Part shown: piece after piece, positions 27,501-32,000 of the stretch | Position numbering within the stretch: the stretch's first letter is position 1 | Layout: every line of letters begins with the position of its first letter | Assembly (NCBI GenBank): GCA_028275775.1 | Contig: JAPWTZ010000001.1 | Coordinates: forward strand, 1-32,000 | DNA: 32,000 nucleotides | Origin: Candidatus Nanopusillus sp. | GTDB taxonomy: Archaea > Nanobdellota > Nanobdellia > Nanobdellales > Nanobdellaceae | Direction: 5' to 3' | Notes under the pieces: model-generated | Databases searched by the model: none | Seen by the model: the letters and a program-made list of their open reading frames with translations, nothing else | Told to the model about the DNA's origin: nothing | Position numbers and translations under genes: made by a program

Positions 27501-28212
27501 TTACATATATTGTTGTAGAATTACTATAATTTGTATAAACATTTATACTACTTGGTCCTGTAATATCAAAAGTAAATACTGGAAATCCTAATACTAATGC
27601 AGAAACATACTCAGTTGATCCCCCACCTGGGGCAACGTTAAATGAAACCTTATAAGTACCTGGAGCTAAATCTTTACATATCGCAGCGTATACACTAGCT
27701 GCAGTTCCAGAAGATGTTAAAAATAATTGAGAACATCCAGTAGGTAATGTTATCCCACCAATATTACCTCCATTCTTCGTTCCTCCCGAGGATATTAATA
27801 TTAATACTGTCTCATTTTGTCCAGAAACAGTATATGAAACTGTTACTGCACTTCCTCTATTATATGTATTTGTAAAAGTAGTTAAAATAACTGGAACAGA
27901 ATAATTATTTAAAGAAACTCCACCAATTACATAACTTGTAGCTGTAGTAGTAAATGAACATGAATTTGTACTAGAATTTCCAATTACTGCATAACCTCCA
28001 TTATTTATCATTACATTAAAGCTTGGAGTAAGAGTTGAACCAGCAGAAGCAGCAACACAATAATATAAATTTGCTGTAGTTAATGTTATGCTCTTAGCCG
28101 CAGCACTATTACTTCCAACAATGTCTGCTCCTACCTGTGAATATATATTAAATGTAGAAATTAACAATAGAAAACTTACTATAGTAAAATATAGTATTTT
28201 CTTTATTCCCAT
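24580..28212 (-). CDS. Giant secreted surface protein: signal peptide, Cys-containing N-domain, 4 Ig-like ~100-aa tandem repeats, 2 further beta-sandwich regions and a right-handed parallel beta-helix (PbH1-type) domain
   Basis: 1210 aa. The N-terminal signal is KKILYFTIVSFLLLISTFNIYS. Repeats span aa 212-612. aa ~835-1112 show a 22-23-aa periodicity, N..I.....(F/W)GI.(I/L). IQGIINSAINSSTPVVVFSPGVYLV resembles a beta-helix N-cap. N-x-S/T sequons are very dense. There is no C-terminal TM. Confidence 0.8.
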   Translation of the reverse strand: MGIKKILYFTIVSFLLLISTFNIYSQVGADIVGSNSAAAKSITLTTANLYYCVAASAGSTLTPSFNVMINNGGYAVIGNSSTNSCSFTTTATSYVIGGVSLNNYSVPVILTTFTNTYNRGSAVTVSYTVSGQNETVLILISSGGTKNGGNIGGITLPTGCSQLFLTSSGTAASVYAAICKDLAPGTYKVSFNVAPGGGSTEYVSALVLGFPVFTFDITGPSSINVYTNYSNSTTIYVNQLTGNTALPVTLSCSTSNSNLTCSLSSTQVTPNASVTLTVTALSLITPGTYSVTISGTAQNGATNSTTITVNVQPYSFSIQGPSSIYVYTNYSNSTTIYVNQLNNGSPIPVTLSCSTNSSYLSCSLSNTTVTPNASVTLTVSANSNIQPGTYSVTVTGVASNGATNSTTITVNVQPYSFTIQGPSSINTYVGSSNSATINITQLNSGSPLPVSLSCSTNSSYLSCSLSSTQVTPNASLTLTVTASSSITPGTYSVTISGTAQNGATNSTTITVNVQPYSFSIQGPSSIYVNAGSSNSTIINITQLSGGASTSVTLSCSTNNSNLQCSLSSTQVTPNASVTLTVSANSNIQPGTYSVTVTGVASNGATNSTTITVIPIVNPEIYIISPSNNSVSNYYQLNISFYTNYPNVNVTINGQTYNISVTPGNNIIQLNYENSSYNLPGLYNIIPNGGNITIELSTSNPFGQTNSTGIYVYTLPPPTFNVSYVYPTPSNGTQENIWLLEVSANVYDNTLGQDYCQIQLLNQTSNQWITIADSCSDILYNGILQQYAKLGSNGYYSIWYRVYAYNNYGISQYTSPQVIYISQNAYNVSVVNPTLSNTQIQGIINSAINSSTPVVVFSPGVYLVNLVINPQGNNITLLGQNTLFEPANPGLPVIDVESANVTIQNININTNLFAINVENGELNLINDNINSGLFGINIKNPSIINVYNSTINGNIGGIYGYIQNSTIENTNIQSSVWGIYIDNPYNVIINNSNVNGQIFGIDFDGNAINNIIENSNVISNIFGIKINNGNNNNIINNNIQSNIFGIYLTSSGNNIENDYIKVGQVFGLYITQPNNIINVTTNGGLFGYYLTGNATNISLYNSQLGIEIYGSGYIDNLTTSTGSVNVYYNNSQGFINSLSSVISSTNVNNTLYNYYAGISIIGNINGNVTFIDLPPANSYIVEKIVGGNGNIISTNNTFIPQGFGNYELFYS
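24877..25710 (-). repeat. Degenerate ~66-69-nt coding periodicity (parallel beta-helix coils)
   Basis: On the + strand, 'tattccaaata'-like strings recur, being the reverse complement of the (I/L)FGI codons. At protein level there are at least 10 coils of the form N-x-x-I-x-x-N/S-x-F/W-G-I. Confidence 0.6.
26377..27579 (-). repeat. In-frame tandem DNA repeat (4 units of ~300-303 nt, with a 606-nt super-period) encoding the Ig-like repeats of the giant surface protein
   Basis: Read directly from the sequence: 26378-26502 is identical over 125 nt to 26984-27108 (offset 606). 26642-26760 is near-identical to 27248-27366 (offset 606). The motif ggttgtacattaactgtaattgtagtagaattggtagc recurs about every 303 nt. 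Confidence 0.9.
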
Positions 28213-28285
28213 AAGATATTAGGAAACATTGTCCAATATAAAATTATGATTGTTAATAAGCTTAATCATTTATGATAATCGAACC

Positions 28286-28359
28286 CGGGCCCGGGGGGAT
28301 TCGAACCCCCGATCTTCGGGTTAAAAGCCCGACGCTTTACCAGACTAAGCTACGGGCCC
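28286..28359 (-). tRNA. tRNA-Lys (anticodon UUU)
   Basis: The reverse complement folds as GGGCCCG-TA-GCTT-AGTCTGGTA-AAGC-G-TCGGG-CTTTTAA-CCCGA-AGATC-GGGGG-TTCGAAT-CCCCC-CGGGCCC-G. It is 74 nt with no intron and no encoded CCA. Confidence 0.9.
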
Positions 28360-28403
28360 AACAATATTTAATTTATATTTATGATTCTTATATAAATTTT
28401 TCA

Positions 28404-29090
28404 TTATCCATATAAAGATATATAGTTTATAGATCCATTGAAATATTGAAAATAATTTAAATATACTGTTGGATAAATGTTCATTAATATGTTTGGAAGA
28501 CCAACAATTTTATCCCCATTATACAAGTATAATACTGTATTATAATTATTTATAATTAAGAATTTTTCATTTGTATTTATATAAATACTAGAATTTCCAA
28601 TTAAATTAAAATAACAATATAAGAAAGTTCTTGTATATACACTAAAAAATGAAGAACTCAAATAATTGTTGCAATTATAATATGCAGAATTGTTTGTTAT
28701 ACTAATATTCTGTGTTGTTCCATAAATATAAACTTGCAAAATTGATGATACATTTATATTAGAGTTCTGTATTATTTCTATATTGTTTGAACCCATATTA
28801 TAAAAAAACTCTATACAATTATTGCAAATATATGGGTTTGTAGATAAAAATATAACATCGGGAGTATAATAATATGAAAAAGAAAAATCTGTATAATTAT
28901 ATACTATTTGAGGATTATAAAATTGAGAAAAATAAAAAGAACTAATATATAATTTTTGATATTCCGATATTTTATATAATCCAGTAGAATATTGAGATAA
29001 TCCATTGACTATATCTTGATACATATAAACTATGATATATAAAAATACAGCAAGTGTAATTAATACCTCAATCCAACTTTGAGATTTCAT
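28404..29090 (-). CDS. Hypothetical pilin/pseudopilin-like exported protein (TadE/Flp-like N-terminus)
   Basis: 228 aa. After a short polar N-terminus comes [24 protein letters not shown], an I-E-x-hydrophobic helix. The rest is Asn/Tyr/Ser-rich with Cys pairs (CNNC, CNN..). An ATGA overlap joins it to the upstream platform gene. The family call is tentative. Confidence 0.45.
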   Translation of the reverse strand: MKSQSWIEVLITLAVFLYIIVYMYQDIVNGLSQYSTGLYKISEYQKLYISSFYFSQFYNPQIVYNYTDFSFSYYYTPDVIFLSTNPYICNNCIEFFYNMGSNNIEIIQNSNINVSSILQVYIYGTTQNISITNNSAYYNCNNYLSSSFFSVYTRTFLYCYFNLIGNSSIYINTNEKFLIINNYNTVLYLYNGDKIVGLPNILMNIYPTVYLNYFQYFNGSINYISLYG

Positions 29091-30367
29091 ATTGTTACAT
29101 TAATGTTTTGCTTTTGTATATATTTTTTCCCATTATAATTTAATATTGCTTCTATAATATATGTACCAGTGCTATTTAATTCAATAGATTGAGAATAATA
29201 TCCATTCTGTAATATTTGAAAATTCTGATAAACATAATTTCCAGCCGAATTTATTACATATATTGTTAATGGAGCATTTGTTATTGGTTGCGCATCAATA
29301 TATCCATATACTTGTATATTTATTGGAGTATATACATAAGCAGTTGTTGGAAAAACTTGTAAATTAAATGATACAAAAGAAGGTAGAACAAAAATTACTA
29401 TAGATAACAATCCTATTAAATTATTTATTGCTAAATGTTTTACTGAAGATCTCATTTTTCCACTTTCTGCAATACCCATTATAATTGATGCTGAAATTCC
29501 TACCATAATTATTGATAAAGATGTAATAAATTTTAACCATGAATAATTTATTTGAGAAGAAAAGAAATTAAATGTTGTATGAATAGTAGAAACAGAAATT
29601 TGACTTATTATCAATGGTTTAATTGTATTTAATATAGAAATCGATAATCCAATAAATATAATAAATATAGCATATAAAACCAATATTTGTTGTGATATAT
29701 ATGCTCTCTTTAATCCATCCAATTCCTTTATAGATTCTAAATCATTGTATAACCTTTTTAAAACCTTTGAAATATCACCTCCTCCTTTATATGTTTCTAG
29801 TATTACATAATTAATCATTCTTATATTTGGAAGTTCTTCAAAATACATATTAAATAATGTAAATGCCTTTTCAAATGGCATACCCCAAGCAATCCAATTA
29901 TACAATTTTTTAACTAAAAAAGATAAATATCCTAAATCTACTGAAGATAAATATGCAAGGGCATCTAATAATGTCATTCCAGATGATAAACTTTCAGACA
30001 AATAAGATAAAAAATATGTATAATTATTAGAAATATTTTCATATATTTTGCTTTCAATATACTTGTAAAATAGGTATGGAACTCCTCCTACAAGATATAT
30101 AACTATTATTAATATTGAAAATGTTATATAATTTTCATATAATTTAAATATTATCCCAAATATTCCAATAATTGCTGCAAATAAAATAGATATATATAGT
30201 ATAAACCTATCTTCCTTGATATACGAACCAAAAACATTTATTTCTTTATAATGCAATGGATCCTTTACATTAAAAATTTGATCTATAAATCTTTCAATTA
30301 ATCCCCTTTGATTTACTCTTTTATTATATGTATTAACTATCATTATACTTTTAATTTTGGATGTCAA
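29087..30367 (-). CDS. Type IV filament platform protein (single T2SSF domain; TadB/TadC/FlaJ-like) fused to a C-terminal extracellular beta-sandwich domain
   Basis: 426 aa from the TTG at 30367; the first ATG at 30343 gives 418 aa. The T2SSF-like core is FLSYLSESLSSGMTLLDALAYLS...GMPFEKAF...ILETYKGGGDISKVLKRL, flanked by TM helices. The last ~93 aa after the final TM are beta-rich. Confidence 0.7.
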   Translation of the reverse strand: MTSKIKSIMIVNTYNKRVNQRGLIERFIDQIFNVKDPLHYKEINVFGSYIKEDRFILYISILFAAIIGIFGIIFKLYENYITFSILIIVIYLVGGVPYLFYKYIESKIYENISNNYTYFLSYLSESLSSGMTLLDALAYLSSVDLGYLSFLVKKLYNWIAWGMPFEKAFTLFNMYFEELPNIRMINYVILETYKGGGDISKVLKRLYNDLESIKELDGLKRAYISQQILVLYAIFIIFIGLSISILNTIKPLIISQISVSTIHTTFNFFSSQINYSWLKFITSLSIIMVGISASIIMGIAESGKMRSSVKHLAINNLIGLLSIVIFVLPSFVSFNLQVFPTTAYVYTPINIQVYGYIDAQPITNAPLTIYVINSAGNYVYQNFQILQNGYYSQSIELNSTGTYIIEAILNYNGKKYIQKQNINVTI

Positions 30368-31227
30368 TATTTAAATATATGGCTAGTATACTTGATCAAT
30401 TTTTTAGTGGTATAGAAAAAGATTTATTAGCAATTAATTCTAAAGAAGATCCTTCTAAGTATATATATAAAGCTAAAATATATTCAATAGGAATATCTAT
30501 ATCTATATCAATATTAACATTTTTTTCTCTTTTAATATATAATATAAAAGTATATGGATCTTTTAATCCAATTTTTCCATTAATATTTGGAATACTTACT
30601 GGTATCCTAGGACTCTTTGGATCTTTATTTTTATTTAAGAAATATCCATCAATAGAAAAACAGAATAGAGCCAGAAAAATAGATAATTCTCTATATTATG
30701 CAGTGCTATATATGGCTTCTTTAGTTTCTTCTGGTGCAACTCCAAAAGCATTATTTGAATTATTATCAAAATATAGTGAATTTTCAGAAATAAAAAAAGA
30801 AGCATCTGAAATAATATACTTAATAGATACTGTAGGATTATCATTACCATTAGCATTAGAAAGAAAAGCAGAATATTCTCCGTCAAAGAAATGGGCTTCA
30901 ATATTAAATGGAATGAGATCTATAATAGTTGAAGGTGGAAATCTTGAAGAATATTTATATAATGAAGCTGAGAAATTATTTGATGAATATAAAAGAAAAA
31001 TAATAGAATATTCAAATAATATGCAAGTATTTTTAGAAATATATATTACATTAATAATTGTTGGGGTTATATTTGTAATTATATTAACTACATTAATGGG
31101 ATCTATTTCTGGAACAAACTTTCAATATATAGAATTTCTACAACTAATGAGTATATTAATAATATTACCAATGGGTACAGTTATGTTTATTATATTATTA
31201 AAATCGCTTAGCCCATTTGAAACATAG
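30361..31227 (+). CDS. Type IV filament platform protein (single T2SSF domain; TadB/TadC/FlaJ-like)
   Basis: 288 aa. After two TMs comes RARKIDNSLYYAVLYMASLVSSGATPKALFELL...GLSLPLALERKAEYSPSKKWASILNGMRSIIVEGGNLEEYL, followed by C-terminal TMs. This is the typical FlaJ/TadC half-domain pattern. Confidence 0.7.
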   Translation: MSIFKYMASILDQFFSGIEKDLLAINSKEDPSKYIYKAKIYSIGISISISILTFFSLLIYNIKVYGSFNPIFPLIFGILTGILGLFGSLFLFKKYPSIEKQNRARKIDNSLYYAVLYMASLVSSGATPKALFELLSKYSEFSEIKKEASEIIYLIDTVGLSLPLALERKAEYSPSKKWASILNGMRSIIVEGGNLEEYLYNEAEKLFDEYKRKIIEYSNNMQVFLEIYITLIIVGVIFVIILTTLMGSISGTNFQYIEFLQLMSILIILPMGTVMFIILLKSLSPFET

Positions 31228-31233
31228 TTATTT

Positions 31234-31896
31234 TTATTCTATACTAATATTAAGATTGTATATATTTAAAATATTTTGAACTAATTGATTATCATTTATT
31301 ACTTTAATTTCTCCATTTTCTAACCCACTTTTAATTATATCTACAAAATTTCCTTTTTCATATTTTAAATAATTCAAAATTTTCTCTGATATTGAATACG
31401 AAAGATAAATTATCAATGTATTATTTATATTATTTATATATGAAATTGGTATATTTGTAATTCCTTTACTAGTAAATACAAAAGCTCCACAAGAGTTATT
31501 TATACATAATATAAATGAATATTGAGGATACATAATATTTAATTTTGTATAATATAATTCATAATTTTCCATGTATAAAGAATTATTTAATAAATAACTA
31601 TCTACCTTATTAATAAATTCTATAGAAGTATTTGGATTACTAAAATTAAGATTTTTTGGATTAAATACACCATTTATCGACATCTTAATTATATCATAAG
31701 TTGTTAGATTTAGTTCATAATATCCAATTTCAGTCTCATTATCTGAAATATTATAAATATATGGTAATTTAAGAGAATATATTGGATAAAATAGATATCT
31801 ATAGATTATTGATGCAAAGATCATAAAAATTGAAAATATTATCAAAAAAATCAAAATTTTATCTCTAATAGATGACTTCTTCAATATTTCTTTCAT
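31234..31896 (-). CDS. Hypothetical N-terminally membrane-anchored protein
   Basis: 220 aa. The single N-terminal TM is ILIFLIIFSIFMIFASIIY, followed by a sequon-containing ectodomain. No family recognised. It is convergent with the platform gene, with a 6-nt spacer. Confidence 0.45.
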   Translation of the reverse strand: MKEILKKSSIRDKILIFLIIFSIFMIFASIIYRYLFYPIYSLKLPYIYNISDNETEIGYYELNLTTYDIIKMSINGVFNPKNLNFSNPNTSIEFINKVDSYLLNNSLYMENYELYYTKLNIMYPQYSFILCINNSCGAFVFTSKGITNIPISYINNINNTLIIYLSYSISEKILNYLKYEKGNFVDIIKSGLENGEIKVINDNQLVQNILNIYNLNISIE

Positions 31897-32000
31897 AATT
31901 ATATATTTCTTCTGGCCTAAATATTATAGATATCTCTCTTTCTGCATCTTTTTCAGTTTCTGATGCATGAACAACATTTCTTAAAACCATCTTATTCCAA
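31865..32000 (-). CDS. ndk: Nucleoside diphosphate kinase, C-terminal fragment (gene continues beyond the window end)
   Basis: My own translation of the minus strand gives ...WNKMVLRNVVHASETEKDAEREISIIFRPEEIYNYERNIEEVIY*. The N-x-x-H-[GA]-S-[DE]...A-x-R-E-I-x-x-F-F pattern is the NDK active-site His region. The stop at 31865-31867 lies 32 nt inside the downstream gene. Confidence 0.6.
   Translation of the reverse strand, partial: WNKMVLRNVVHASETEKDAEREISIIFRPEEIYNYERNIEEVIY

Noticed and set aside
26377-27579. Regularly spaced near-identical ~300-nt repeats that could look like a repeat array or CRISPR-like structure.
   Set aside because: The units are about 300 nt, contiguous, with no spacers. 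They are in-frame within one long ORF and encode homologous Ig-like domains. This is a coding tandem repeat, not a CRISPR array or a mobile-element array.
28279-28308. Short duplication 'tcgaaccc' just 3' of tRNA-Lys (28279-28286) matching its T-arm (28301-28308), considered as a possible att-site remnant of an integrated element carrying the giant surface gene.
   Set aside because: Only about 8 nt match. No integrase, second att copy or other mobile-element gene is in the window. A match this short can arise by chance.

Overview
This is an extremely AT-rich, ultra-compact archaeal chromosome segment. By the ORF track only about 2-3% is non-coding. Many neighbouring genes overlap by 4-30 nt, including convergent 3' ends.

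Gene content is an archaeal information-processing core: Topo VI A and B, TFS, aIF5B, aIF1/SUI1, S6e, uL29, RNase P Rpp29, Kae1, ThiI, AGOG glycosylase and a PDCD5-like protein. There are a few metabolic genes: enolase, a lone 2-oxoacid:ferredoxin oxidoreductase beta subunit, a partial NDK, a short GH1 glycosidase, an HDAC-family deacetylase, UppP and a sugar nucleotidyltransferase. Cell-surface genes are unusually numerous.

Two GC-rich tRNAs, Asn-GUU and Lys-UUU, stand out against the AT-rich background. Neither encodes CCA or carries an intron. I found no rRNA, CRISPR array or mobile element.

The gene set, compaction and GC-rich tRNA stems suggest a reduced-genome thermophilic archaeon, probably DPANN/Nanoarchaeota-like. 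This is an inference, not proven here.

The most interesting region is about 23.7-31.9 kb. It holds a 1210-aa secreted protein with four near-identical, mosaic ~100-aa tandem repeats plus a parallel beta-helix. A tRNA-Lys follows, then a type IV filament-like module. That module has two single-domain T2SSF platform genes arranged head-to-head with almost no spacer. One carries a C-terminal extracellular beta-sandwich. A TadE/Flp-like pseudopilin candidate is present, but no secretion ATPase or prepilin peptidase lies in cis.

Other points of interest are a pyrophosphatase-like ORF with its catalytic acidic residues replaced, a ~75-aa insertion in Kae1, and an overlapping HDAC-deacetylase/GH1 gene pair.
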